From IMG/VR virus record IMGVR_UViG_3300025141_009405, positions 1-53,794 of that record: a stretch of 53,794 nucleotides of DNA; one strand, 5' to 3'. The notes beneath the pieces are model-generated. The model was not told the origin of the DNA and searched no databases. It saw only the letters and a list, made by a program, of their open reading frames with translations. The DNA is from a virus (Duplodnaviria; Caudoviricetes). Of this stretch, positions 9,309 to 19,417 are shown piece by piece (the first letter of the stretch is position 1; each line of letters starts with the position of its first letter). The translations under genes were made by a program, and so were the position numbers.

Positions 9309-10376
9309 TTAAGCGTTTGCACCCACAGGGGATAGTTTATTTATGGAATTCTTAAATTCTTCCGTTTTTTCATTAAATAAGTTCTCAAAATAAGAAATAA
9401 CTGCCTTACGTTCATCCTCTTCTTTATAAGGAGCAACAGTCTTTTCCATTTCTTCATATAGTTTTGCTGGTAAATTATCTTCTAACCAGTTTTTAACGTA
9501 GTTACCCAAAACCTCTACAATTTTAGATTCATCATAAACCCATAAACCGTTTTCTTGAGATAACCAATCAGGCTTTAAAATAGGTAGGTTACCGATAACT
9601 GGTGTCTTACAGGACATAGCTTCTAACGGAAATGTTCCGAAACCACTAATTCTATCTACCCACACACCTACACAAGCTTCACCCAACACCTTAGCAAATT
9701 CTTCTCTACTCATATTTCTCATATCTCTAAATGTTAACCATTTAAATTGTGGGTTTCTAAGATAAAATTCTTTTATAATTTTCATAGTTTCTCTAGGGTC
9801 ACGAGTGTGAATTGCAACTAACGGGGTTTTAGGTTTTTTACTCGTCTTAAAATAATCAGGTATTGACGGTTGTATAACATCAACCTGAACTGAAGGAAAA
9901 AGACCAGAAACATATTCTTTTTGTGCATCTGTAGTCGTAATACATTTAGTCACCCCATAGTTAACCCAACTAAATCCAGGTTGTAAAGTTTCTAAAATAT
10001 AATCATAAGCTTGACAGAATACCATTTTAGTACATGGCATATCTTTTATTTGTTCTAGTACATGACCATATAATTCTGGTATAATAACAAAATCTTGTGG
10101 ACCAACCTTAAGTTCACCACTTTCGATATTAGCGTGAGGTAATTCAGTATATTCCTTAGGTAACCATTCTCCCACACCCTTATACTCTTTTTTCTCATAT
10201 AGAATGTGAGCATTAAAGCCAGCTTCAGTTAAATACTTTACGTATTGATAATTTAAATTAACAGAAGCGACAGCTCTTCCTTCTGTATCTTGAGTTAGAA
10301 AATAAATTTTACACTCTTTATTTTCCATTTTTGATAGCCCAGTAGTTAACTGGGACAATTGTTTTTCCATTTCCAT
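9309..10376 (-). CDS. Glycosyltransferase, GT-B (GT4-like)
   Basis: SGFGTFPLEAMSCKTPVIG, matching the E-x-F-G-x-x-x-LEAM-x-x-G-x-PVI signature. Confidence 0.8.
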   Translation of the reverse strand: MEMEKQLSQLTTGLSKMENKECKIYFLTQDTEGRAVASVNLNYQYVKYLTEAGFNAHILYEKKEYKGVGEWLPKEYTELPHANIESGELKVGPQDFVIIPELYGHVLEQIKDMPCTKMVFCQAYDYILETLQPGFSWVNYGVTKCITTTDAQKEYVSGLFPSVQVDVIQPSIPDYFKTSKKPKTPLVAIHTRDPRETMKIIKEFYLRNPQFKWLTFRDMRNMSREEFAKVLGEACVGVWVDRISGFGTFPLEAMSCKTPVIGNLPILKPDWLSQENGLWVYDESKIVEVLGNYVKNWLEDNLPAKLYEEMEKTVAPYKEEDERKAVISYFENLFNEKTEEFKNSINKLSPVGANA

Positions 10377-10380
10377 TTAA

Positions 10381-10683
10381 TTATAGTTTTTTAATTATAT
10401 TATATTTTATTAATGTATTTAGAGCCAACTTATACGGTAGAGATAATTTATTCATTGATATAACACCTAAATTTTCATCCGCCTCCTCTACAATTCCACA
10501 TGTAGTATCCAACATAAGTTTAAAAAACTCAAATTTAGGTAAATTTATTTCTACAGTAGGTTTACCCTCTTTCATTCCTTCCATTTCAATGTTGGTCATT
10601 AACTCATCAACATCAAAATATAGTTGTTCGGACCCAACCTTAAGTCTTAAGTTACTATGCGATAATTTTTTCTTCAAAGGCAT
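10381..10683 (-). CDS. Hypothetical protein
   Basis: 100 aa ORF in operon; start uncertain. Confidence 0.5.
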   Translation of the reverse strand: MPLKKKLSHSNLRLKVGSEQLYFDVDELMTNIEMEGMKEGKPTVEINLPKFEFFKLMLDTTCGIVEEADENLGVISMNKLSLPYKLALNTLIKYNIIKKL

Positions 10684-11227
10684 TTTCTAATGATTTTATT
10701 TCTTTTAGTGTGGTTACCCTCAAATCACATTCCATATTTTCGTTGTAACATTTATCCACCACTATTAATTTTTTATTTTCTGGTTTATTATTTATTATAT
10801 CAGTATCTGTGGTGATGAAAACATCAGTAACTTCCCACAATTCTTTTATAGTGTCAGTAGTGTAAAAAACTATCTCATCACAAACCAAACCATATTTAGA
10901 TAAAAACCATAAGGTAGCAGCTTTAGATTTACCTAAATCATCACTTACTATTTTTAATTTATAACCTATAGGCATTTCTTTGTAAAGCTCTACTAAATGT
11001 GAAATCACATTATTCTCTATTTCTTTGGCCTGACCAAATATCTCCATAGTTGCGTCATTATATAAAAACTCTAATAACTCATCTTCATTAACAAAATGAA
11101 CATAGTCCATTAGATTTGGTGTTATTACCGGTGACTTAACTTCCTGATTTTGATATTTCTCATAGATTTGTTCGAACTTACTTAGAATATCTCTTAACAC
11201 ACCATTTATACTTATACTAATTATCAT
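10655..11227 (-). CDS. HAD-fold 5'(3')-nucleotidase-like protein, catalytic Asp residues missing
   Basis: ISISINGVLRD in place of IxIDxDGVLxD. ATLWFL, DVFI and YN motifs of the NT5C-like family are present. Confidence 0.55.
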   Translation of the reverse strand: MIISISINGVLRDILSKFEQIYEKYQNQEVKSPVITPNLMDYVHFVNEDELLEFLYNDATMEIFGQAKEIENNVISHLVELYKEMPIGYKLKIVSDDLGKSKAATLWFLSKYGLVCDEIVFYTTDTIKELWEVTDVFITTDTDIINNKPENKKLIVVDKCYNENMECDLRVTTLKEIKSLENAFEEKIIA

Positions 11228-11239
11228 ATTTAAACCTAA

Positions 11240-11986
11240 TTATTGTTTTGTCTTTTGTAAAGAATCAAAAACCCTTTCTATTTTTGCTATTAAGGGATTC
11301 CTCACTACATCAGATTTATTAAATTGAACACACCCTATCTCCTCAATGTCAGCAAAATGGTCCATTAAAAAGGTTAAACCATTACCACCTCTAGAATCTT
11401 GTTGCCTTTCATCACCTAAAAATATCATTTTAGAATCCTTACCTAACCTCGTCATTATTGTTCTCATATTTTCTCTAGATATATTTTGAGCCTCATCAAT
11501 AATAATAATTGACCTATCCAAATTAATACCCCTCATATACGCTATAGGCATCTCCTCTATAGTTTTTAATTCTCTTAGTCTAGAGGTGATAGCTTGTCCA
11601 ACCAACTTCTCAAAGTTATGTACAAAAGAAAACATAAACGGTTCCATTTTTTCTCTTAAATTACCTTTTAAAAAACCGATTTCTTCATTTTTAAGTGTAG
11701 TTACTGATTTTACAATTACGATTTTTCTATATCTAGCATATCTTTTAATTAATTTTAATGCTTCTGCACACGCTAGAAAAGTTTTACCAGTTCCCGCAGG
11801 ACCAGAACAAATAGTAACTTCCTTTTCTTTTATAGAATTTACTAAGGATTTTTGATTTTCTGTCTTACACTTAACATTTATAGTCATAGTGTCAGTCATT
11901 CTAGTTTCCTCAGTGTTATTTTGATAAATCCACTCCTCTACCTCCTGTTGTTCATCTCTACTTAATTTCTTACTCCTTCTTCCCAT
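11240..11986 (-). CDS. phoH: PhoH-like ATPase
   Basis: GPAGTGKT, IGFLKG, YMRG, IIIDEAQN, TRLG, GDERQQD, DVVRNPL. Confidence 0.93.
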   Translation of the reverse strand: MGRRSKKLSRDEQQEVEEWIYQNNTEETRMTDTMTINVKCKTENQKSLVNSIKEKEVTICSGPAGTGKTFLACAEALKLIKRYARYRKIVIVKSVTTLKNEEIGFLKGNLREKMEPFMFSFVHNFEKLVGQAITSRLRELKTIEEMPIAYMRGINLDRSIIIIDEAQNISRENMRTIMTRLGKDSKMIFLGDERQQDSRGGNGLTFLMDHFADIEEIGCVQFNKSDVVRNPLIAKIERVFDSLQKTKQ

Positions 11987-11989
11987 TAT

Positions 11990-12319
11990 TTATACTTTTT
12001 TTGGTAACTCATTTATTAATTCTCTAGGGCTTTCATAATCACCAGACCTCCTTCTAAAAATTTCATTCGTATCAGGGTTCCTCTCATATATATACGGTAT
12101 ATCCTCTCTAGAGTTTACATGGTCCTCCACTTTTCTATTCCTATTATACTGCTCAACCAACCAATCCTCACTTCTCATAGATAAGTCGTCCAATTCAGAT
12201 AAAGTTAACTTTCCTTTTTTATCTTCTACTTCCCTAATCATATCTCTAATTTTTTTTGCAAAGTCCCAATCATTAGGGTACTCCACACTTAAACGTTTTA
12301 ATTCATTATAGTTAAACAT
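11990..12319 (-). CDS. Hypothetical protein
   Basis: 109 aa ORF in operon (YPND... and IYERNPD... motifs). Confidence 0.55.
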   Translation of the reverse strand: MFNYNELKRLSVEYPNDWDFAKKIRDMIREVEDKKGKLTLSELDDLSMRSEDWLVEQYNRNRKVEDHVNSREDIPYIYERNPDTNEIFRRRSGDYESPRELINELPKKV

Positions 12320-12328
12320 ATTAATATT

Positions 12329-13321
12329 TTATTTAGTGATTTGTTCATTTATCCAGTCATAAGTTTTTCTCATCCCTACGACTAGTGGTTGTGATACCAC
12401 CCACCCAATCTTTTGTTGGTAAAGAGAGTTGTCCGAATTTCTACCATTAACACCAATAGGACATGGATGCCCATACCTCTTTATAAAGTCTTCCCCGTTG
12501 ATGTTATATATATCTAAATTTTTACCTGATACCTCTATAGCCATTTTAGCAAAATCATTAATACTAATCATTTCTTCAGAACCTATATTAACGGGTCCTG
12601 TAAAGTTAGACCTCATTAACCTAATCGTAGCTTCAATACATTCATCTATATATAAGAACGAACGGGTTTGGTCACCCGGACCCCAAACCTCAATAGAACC
12701 ACCCTCTTCCTCTAACGCAGCTTTTCTACACATTGCAGCGGGAGCTTTTTCTCTCCCACCATCCCAAGTACCCTCAGGACCAAAAATATTATGGTATCTA
12801 GCCACCCTAACAGACAATCCTTTATTTCTGGCATACGCTAGAAATAATCTTTCACTAAATAACTTTTCCCACCCATATTCAGAATCTGGTGAAGCTGGAT
12901 AAGCAGAGTCTTCAGTGCAATTAGGGTTATCTGGGTCTAGTTGGTTGTGTTCTGGGTACATACATGCAGAAGAGGAGTAAAAAACTCTTTTAACGTTTTT
13001 AATTATACATTCATGTACAACATTTAAATTTACTAGTGCTGAGTTATGCATTATATCCGCATCATTTTCACCAGTAAATATAAAACCAGCACCTCCCATA
13101 TCTGCCGCAAATTGATATAGTTCATCGACATCAGGACCTATAGCTTGGGATACTAGGTTTGGGTCTCTTAGGTCTCCCACCATAAATAAATCTGCTTCAG
13201 TTTCTGAAAATTCTGGTCTTTTAAGGTCCACCCCAATTACGTGGCAACCCTCACTCTTTAATCTTTTTACCATATGGCTACCGATAAATCCACCGGCACC
13301 TAAAACTACTGTTTTTTTCAT
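12329..13321 (-). CDS. NAD-dependent nucleotide-sugar epimerase, GDP-mannose 3',5'-epimerase-like
   Basis: GAGGFIG, AADMGGAGFI, YSSSACMYP, YGWEK, GGREKAPAAMCRK, GRNSDN. Confidence 0.88.
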   Translation of the reverse strand: MKKTVVLGAGGFIGSHMVKRLKSEGCHVIGVDLKRPEFSETEADLFMVGDLRDPNLVSQAIGPDVDELYQFAADMGGAGFIFTGENDADIMHNSALVNLNVVHECIIKNVKRVFYSSSACMYPEHNQLDPDNPNCTEDSAYPASPDSEYGWEKLFSERLFLAYARNKGLSVRVARYHNIFGPEGTWDGGREKAPAAMCRKAALEEEGGSIEVWGPGDQTRSFLYIDECIEATIRLMRSNFTGPVNIGSEEMISINDFAKMAIEVSGKNLDIYNINGEDFIKRYGHPCPIGVNGRNSDNSLYQQKIGWVVSQPLVVGMRKTYDWINEQITK

Positions 13322-14079
13322 ATATTATTATTTTTTATAAAGACCGGAATAGGTCTCATCTTATGTCTGTTTCTTATATTATGTTTGTTATATATTTTTA
13401 AGACTTCTTGTTGTCTCTCATTAGAAGAATAATCATCCGCTGTTCCTTCCGTATAGTTCATTGCCCATTCTAACTCATCATATGTTGCACCTAATTGGTC
13501 TTCGTCTGTCCTATCATCTCCCCATAAACCATCTGTTGGAGACGCATTTAATATCTCTACAGATATTCCAAGAGTTCTAGCCATTTCTCTAACTTCTGAT
13601 TTCATTAAATCAGCTATTGGGGAGATATCAACCCCACCATCTCCATATTTTGTAAAGAACCCAACCCCAAAATCTTCTACTTTATTACCTGTTCCTACGA
13701 CTAATCCATTATTAGTTTGAGCAATCTGATATAGTGTGGTCATTCTTAGTCGTGCTCTGGAGTTAGCCAAGGCAAGATTATTTTCGTTATCAGCAAAAAT
13801 CATCTTAAAAGTATCATATACATGAGATAAATTTACTTCCATGCTCGTAACATTCTTATAGTACATGTCCTCCAACCATTTAATGTGTTTATTAGCTCTA
13901 TCTAATTCTGATGGATTTTGGTGGATTGGCATTGAAACTACAATAGTTTTTATTCCTGTCTCAGCACATAATGTAGAGACCAGTGCAGAATCCACACCAC
14001 CAGACACACCAACAATAAATGAGTGTAGGTTGTTTTTTAAAGAATAATTTTTTAACCACTCTATTATTTCCTTATCCAT
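13318..14079 (-). CDS. nadE: NH3-dependent NAD+ synthetase
   Basis: GVSGGVDS, NSRARLRM, GTGNKVE, FFTKYGDGG, PTDGLW, DEDQLG. Confidence 0.92.
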   Translation of the reverse strand: MDKEIIEWLKNYSLKNNLHSFIVGVSGGVDSALVSTLCAETGIKTIVVSMPIHQNPSELDRANKHIKWLEDMYYKNVTSMEVNLSHVYDTFKMIFADNENNLALANSRARLRMTTLYQIAQTNNGLVVGTGNKVEDFGVGFFTKYGDGGVDISPIADLMKSEVREMARTLGISVEILNASPTDGLWGDDRTDEDQLGATYDELEWAMNYTEGTADDYSSNERQQEVLKIYNKHNIRNRHKMRPIPVFIKNNNI

Positions 14080-15166
14080 TACTTTTAAATTTTATACCTC
14101 TACTAGTTAATTCTTTTATTACAGACTCTCTTTCGTTAACCACTACCTCATAACCTAAATTTTGTAATTCTAAAGCAAATTTTAATTGTTGAGATTCTTC
14201 TAGTATAGTACTTTGTGGTTTATAGGTTATATAGTCAAATACTACCGTTTTATTTTTATCTGGGTTATTTTTGACAAATTCCTCCACTTGGTATGTTAAA
14301 TGGAGTTCATTCATTTTATCAGTAGCTCTAGAAATTTGTGCGTCTATGTTATTTTCATTTGCAAAAATATTTAAAGCTCTATTATCTCGAGGAAAACAAG
14401 GGCCACCATAACCATAACCCCACCGTAAATATTTATTACCTATCCTACTATCAGAACCTATAGCCTCCAATATTTTATCTGTTTCACCACCCACCTTATT
14501 AGAAATGTCCCCAATCATATTTGCGAAGGAGATTTTTGTCGTTAAAAAACAATTTAAAGATAGTTTTGTTATTTCAGCACTTAATCTACTCATCCTACAT
14601 ACTCTAGGGTTAGAAGTACAGTGGTCTATGTATATATTCTCTATCACATTCCCAACACTAGAGTTTGCCTCACCGATTAACACTGTATCGGCATTTACTT
14701 GGTCTTTTAATATACTTCCTTGAGCAATAAATTCTGGGTTATAACTAACTGTATAATTATATTTATTTAAATCTTTTTGTAATTCATCACAATATCCAGG
14801 AAAGGTGGTACAATTAATAACTAAATGTTTAGTTGTCTTTTGCACACCTAGGGATATTAATTTTTCTTTTAAAGCTTCTATATATTGGTGGTCGTATTTT
14901 CCATTAGGTAGTGATGGTGTGTGGACTATGACAAAAATTATATTATTAATTAATACTTTTTCTAGATTATCATAAAGATATAGATTTTTTGAACTTTTAA
15001 GTAGTTCGGTAACACCTGGTTCGGAAGAAACAAAAGTTTTATTTCTTAATTCATCCAGATACTCTGTATTTATATCATACCCATCTACCCTATACCCAAC
15101 CTTTTCTAAATTAAGTGCAAAACACAAACCTAATTTTCCTACACCTATAATTGAGATTGATTTCAT
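14072..15166 (-). CDS. UDP-glucose/GDP-mannose dehydrogenase family
   Basis: GVGKLG, YNPEFIAQG, KISFAN, DSRIG, GYGGPCFPRD. Confidence 0.9.
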   Translation of the reverse strand: MKSISIIGVGKLGLCFALNLEKVGYRVDGYDINTEYLDELRNKTFVSSEPGVTELLKSSKNLYLYDNLEKVLINNIIFVIVHTPSLPNGKYDHQYIEALKEKLISLGVQKTTKHLVINCTTFPGYCDELQKDLNKYNYTVSYNPEFIAQGSILKDQVNADTVLIGEANSSVGNVIENIYIDHCTSNPRVCRMSRLSAEITKLSLNCFLTTKISFANMIGDISNKVGGETDKILEAIGSDSRIGNKYLRWGYGYGGPCFPRDNRALNIFANENNIDAQISRATDKMNELHLTYQVEEFVKNNPDKNKTVVFDYITYKPQSTILEESQQLKFALELQNLGYEVVVNERESVIKELTSRGIKFKSNG

Positions 15167-15222
15167 ATGCGTTTTTTCTTTAATATAACTAATTTATTAT
15201 AAAATATCTATAATAGAGTGGT

Positions 15223-16014
15223 TTAAAGTTTGTGCCATTCATCTGGGATTATATCACTGGTATTTAAACCTGCAGTAGGTCCAAACCACTTAGTGGGAGC
15301 AACCACTTCTTTACCACTAAACTTATTTAAATAAGCACCCCACCAACTAAACGACGAATTGACTATGATATTTTTCTTACACAAAGACATCAACCACAGG
15401 TCCTCTATATCACTATTACCCTCAACCATTATCATATCTGTAAAAGATAAATTATCTTTACACCATCTTATATCGTCCGAAAATACAAAAATATTATCAT
15501 AATCTCCTAGAATTTTTAAAGCCTTCTCATAATATTCTATATTTTGGATTGGGTGAAAATCAGAACGTAAACAATCAGTTCTTCTAATATGGATGGATAT
15601 ACTATTGTTATTTATTGTAGGGTATTTGGTGGTTAGGTGATTAATAATTTCCGTAGTTGGTGAAAAAGCGTCAATAATGGACTTTTTATGGTCTATGAAA
15701 TATTTTTCACTTTGCCAATACCCATCTAAAAAACAATCACTCTTAGGGGTGTTAACCTCATCAAAAACCCAGTTATCAGTAACACGACTTAAGTTGGGTA
15801 GATTTTTTGGAACATCTAAATTCATAGTAATATTAGGGAACTTACTTAGTGTAAAGTCTCTGTGACCCACACCCGAGGCAACGAGTGAGTCTTGATTGTG
15901 AAAAAAATTAGTGTCTAGATAAAAATCTGTGTTATTTAACATAGATAAATTTTTAGCGTAAGCGTATTGAAACATTTGGTTACCTAACCCACCCATAATT
16001 CTAGCAATAATCAT
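15223..16014 (-). CDS. GT11 alpha-1,2-fucosyltransferase-like
   Basis: GGLGNQMFQYA, GYWQSEKYF, IHIRRTD, FSDD, NSSFSWWGAYL. Confidence 0.9.
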   Translation of the reverse strand: MIIARIMGGLGNQMFQYAYAKNLSMLNNTDFYLDTNFFHNQDSLVASGVGHRDFTLSKFPNITMNLDVPKNLPNLSRVTDNWVFDEVNTPKSDCFLDGYWQSEKYFIDHKKSIIDAFSPTTEIINHLTTKYPTINNNSISIHIRRTDCLRSDFHPIQNIEYYEKALKILGDYDNIFVFSDDIRWCKDNLSFTDMIMVEGNSDIEDLWLMSLCKKNIIVNSSFSWWGAYLNKFSGKEVVAPTKWFGPTAGLNTSDIIPDEWHKL

Positions 16015-16018
16015 AAAT

Positions 16019-16882
16019 TTAAATTTTAATCATTTTACTATAATCCGATAAATTTTCGAGTATGTATTTTGGGTAAGTTTCATCCATTTCTACTTTTGTT
16101 AATTTACCTCTAAAAAAAACATCTTGGTCATTTTCTATATTGTTTTTAATACTGGAGAGTACTTGTTCATTTACTAAGTCTCTTGCTGAGTAAGATGTTA
16201 TTTTTTTTCTAACCATTTCTTCACCACCCATAAAACTAAAATGCCACCCACCATTAGCTAATTTAGTTGTTAAACTACCATCACCTCTAATTTCATTAAA
16301 GGATAGTTCTTTAACATTTTTATATAGACCCATTTTTGAACCGTACCAGTCTGAATCACTTAACATATTTAAGTAGTAAGAATACATAGGCTGTGCTAGA
16401 GAATATATGGTATTATCTAAAGAAAGGGTCTTTAATTCTTTTAGGATTTCTGGGTTAGGGATTTCATCCGCATCTGATATAATAATTATATCATCATCAT
16501 TACAACCCACCAAAGCTCTTCTTACTGATTCTTTTTGAAAGAAGTCTCTACCATAATCTGTTTGTGTACTTCTATTAAATCTATTCGTTTGTGTACGAAC
16601 ATAATGATGTACTCTATCTAATTCCGCATCAAAAAACCCAGTATTAGGTAAGTTAACAAAATCTTCAGGAGTATCAGAGACTTTAAAACTAATAATCTTA
16701 TCCCAAAATTTAGAAAAACGCTCTTTATTTTCTTCTAAATAAAAAGGTTTAGGTTGACCAGAATGTGTAACCGTAGACTCTACAATTACAAAATAATCTA
16801 CGTAGTCGTAGAGAATATTTAATCTCATTTCTAAAATGTCTAGTTCATTGAAGAAATTAAAACAATCATATATTTTTCCCAT
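16019..16882 (-). CDS. GT17 (GnT-III-like) glycosyltransferase
   Basis: IYDCFNFFNELDILEMRL, VDYFVIVES, ISDADEIP, GGWHFSF. Confidence 0.85.
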   Translation of the reverse strand: MGKIYDCFNFFNELDILEMRLNILYDYVDYFVIVESTVTHSGQPKPFYLEENKERFSKFWDKIISFKVSDTPEDFVNLPNTGFFDAELDRVHHYVRTQTNRFNRSTQTDYGRDFFQKESVRRALVGCNDDDIIIISDADEIPNPEILKELKTLSLDNTIYSLAQPMYSYYLNMLSDSDWYGSKMGLYKNVKELSFNEIRGDGSLTTKLANGGWHFSFMGGEEMVRKKITSYSARDLVNEQVLSSIKNNIENDQDVFFRGKLTKVEMDETYPKYILENLSDYSKMIKI

Positions 16883-17794
16883 TTAAATAATATTTTTTAA
16901 TTTATAATAATCTAATGCTTCAGTTTTGCAGTCATCAAAATCAGATACAGAACCTTCTCTATCCATGTAATGAAAACATGAGGTGTAAGCGTCACCTGTT
17001 GCCCAATAACCATCACTAACGTTATGTCTTGCCCAATACTTCGGGGCTATAATTTTACTACAATCCTTATTTAACCATGCAGCCCACCAACCAAAGGTTG
17101 AGTTAGATATGATTAACCATTTAGCTTGATTAACACAATAATAATCAAAACCTACGTCTATGTGAATACATTTCATTTGAAAAGGCATAAACTGTGAGGC
17201 TGTTGATGGGTCATCTGTAACAACCACAAAATTCATATTAGGATTTAAATTTAACATATAATTTATACAATCCCTCCAGTACTCTCTACGTAGTAAAACA
17301 TTAGGTATACCCCTATATTCACCACCTCTAAAATTAATCACACAAGTATTTTCATCTAAGGTCACACCCAAATCATTTAATTTGTTATCGTATTCTTTCT
17401 TTTTATTATCTTTTATTTTAAACCACTCTAAAATATCATCTTTTCTATCTTTAATATATTCTTCAGACTGGTATATTCCACCTTTCGCTCCCTTATCCCC
17501 TATCAAAATAGTATTGTCATCTATTTCATATAAACTAGGATTTAACATTGTTATATTTACCACATCTACATGATTATATGTTTTCCAAGGTTCATGATAT
17601 TCATTAACGATACCCACCACCTCTTTACCAAAATCTACACTCATAAAATCCATTTGGTTGGCACCATTAAAATAATCATGACTAGGTGTTGGGTTAACAC
17701 CCCATTCGTAACCTAGTTTTTCTGCTATAGTTCTACAAACAGCATATTGCCACATGTGATTCCCTAAATTACCTGTTAAATTAGTTGTTATCAT
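16883..17794 (-). CDS. Second GT11-like glycosyltransferase
   Basis: GNLGNHMWQYA, YQSEEY, NFRGGEY, VTDD, SNSTFGWWAAWL. Confidence 0.8.
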   Translation of the reverse strand: MITTNLTGNLGNHMWQYAVCRTIAEKLGYEWGVNPTPSHDYFNGANQMDFMSVDFGKEVVGIVNEYHEPWKTYNHVDVVNITMLNPSLYEIDDNTILIGDKGAKGGIYQSEEYIKDRKDDILEWFKIKDNKKKEYDNKLNDLGVTLDENTCVINFRGGEYRGIPNVLLRREYWRDCINYMLNLNPNMNFVVVTDDPSTASQFMPFQMKCIHIDVGFDYYCVNQAKWLIISNSTFGWWAAWLNKDCSKIIAPKYWARHNVSDGYWATGDAYTSCFHYMDREGSVSDFDDCKTEALDYYKLKNII

Positions 17795-18494
17795 AATAAT
17801 ATTTTTTTAGTTCTTCTAATTGTTCTTTAATGTTGTCAGTTTTAATTCGGCCTGTAAGACACTTATCTTTTCCAGCCTCTTTAGGGGTTACATTTAACCC
17901 TTTCTGGAAAATACCATTCATAGTTTCTAATAAGACATATTTACTAACACATTGCCCTTCTAATATTGTTTCTGTTGGATAATCGTCCCAAACAGTCATA
18001 AGGGCAAGACATTGTTTTGCCCACTCTAGAGTAGTATTCCCATTCCACATAGCTTTAGTATAACCAAAAACATCTTCATTTTGTGACAAAAACCATTCTA
18101 GTAAACTTGAGTTACTGTTTAGTTCTGGACCAATAATAGAAGTTTTTAGTATTTTAGTTTTACTACCTATAGAATTTAAAAAGTCAGCAGCAATTTTTTT
18201 AGATTTACCATAATCATCATCATCCATTTCACAATCAGTACCAGGGTGGATAACTCTACAAGGAGAATGAAAATCTAACCATATTGGGAGGTGCCAATTT
18301 ATATCAAAAGTTTTAGTTCTTTGAGGGATAGCACCAATACAGTTAATAACATAATCTAACTTCATGTCTGATTTAAAAGGAGATTCTGGCCATCTCACAT
18401 CACTAGTGACAACCTCTACCTTATTATCACGTAGGTATTGTGTCACCATATGACCTAACATACCTTTATGACCTAAAACTAAAACTTTCATCAT
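17781..18494 (-). CDS. RmlD-like nucleotide-sugar reductase
   Basis: GHKGMLG, INCIG, TDC, YGKSK, TSIIGPE, SLLEWF. Confidence 0.8.
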   Translation of the reverse strand: MMKVLVLGHKGMLGHMVTQYLRDNKVEVVTSDVRWPESPFKSDMKLDYVINCIGAIPQRTKTFDINWHLPIWLDFHSPCRVIHPGTDCEMDDDDYGKSKKIAADFLNSIGSKTKILKTSIIGPELNSNSSLLEWFLSQNEDVFGYTKAMWNGNTTLEWAKQCLALMTVWDDYPTETILEGQCVSKYVLLETMNGIFQKGLNVTPKEAGKDKCLTGRIKTDNIKEQLEELKKYYYDNN

Positions 18495-19417
18495 TTGTAA
18501 AAATTTTTAGATTTTAAATAATTATATAATTCATTTTTAGTAAGACAGTGGTCTCTTGAGGAGTATTCATCGTGTTTAAATGATACTTGGTGTATGTCTT
18601 TTTGTGGGTGTAATAAATAGATATCATCATTTTTTATTAATTCCATCCTTCTAACCTCCTCATTGGATGCCATTATTTCATGTATTTTTTCACCGGTACG
18701 AGGTTCTGTAACCCTATACTGTAAACCAAATTCTTCTGAATAGATGTCAAACAAGTCTTTAACTTTAAATGATTTTGCTATAGGAATTAGGTTACACCCA
18801 GCGTAAGCGGGTGACTTCATAATTAAATCCACAGCATCCTCTACATCTAGTAAAAATCTTGTCATTTCTGCACCATATAATGATAATACCGCATTTTTAT
18901 TAATAAAATTCCAGATTAATGGTATTATTGAACCTGTCGAATTAGTGACATTTCCATATATAGCTGTAGTTAATTTACAATTAGACTCACCCACAACAAA
19001 ACCCTCCCCAGCAACATATTTCATTGCACCATATAATGTGGTGGCGGCTCTACTCTTATCTGTGGAAATAAAACACGCAGACTTAAAATTATTTTGTTCA
19101 GCAGCTAGTCTTGAGTTAAAAGCTCCATCTACAATTGTTTTAGCAGCTTCTTCATAATTGTCATTACATGCTTCGATTTGTTTTAAAGATGCCGCAAAAA
19201 CGCCAACAGTATGGCCCTTGGATTTTCTCATTAATAAATCCCTATTTCTTATATCACCAACAACAAACTTAACAGAAGGATAATCCTTCTTCATGTAATA
19301 ATGTTTAGCTTCATCTCTAGAATACACTGTTATTTCATTATCTTTATATAATCTTTTAACTAGGTTCCTACCTAAAAAACCAGCACCACCTGTTATGAAT
19401 ATTTTTTCGTTTCTCAT
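18491..19417 (-). CDS. UDP-GlcNAc 4,6-dehydratase (PseB/FnlA/CapD family)
   Basis: TGGAGFLG, YSRDEAK, STDK, YGAMK, YGNV, GSIIP, MTRF, RTGEKIHE. Confidence 0.85.
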   Translation of the reverse strand: MRNEKIFITGGAGFLGRNLVKRLYKDNEITVYSRDEAKHYYMKKDYPSVKFVVGDIRNRDLLMRKSKGHTVGVFAASLKQIEACNDNYEEAAKTIVDGAFNSRLAAEQNNFKSACFISTDKSRAATTLYGAMKYVAGEGFVVGESNCKLTTAIYGNVTNSTGSIIPLIWNFINKNAVLSLYGAEMTRFLLDVEDAVDLIMKSPAYAGCNLIPIAKSFKVKDLFDIYSEEFGLQYRVTEPRTGEKIHEIMASNEEVRRMELIKNDDIYLLHPQKDIHQVSFKHDEYSSRDHCLTKNELYNYLKSKNFYK

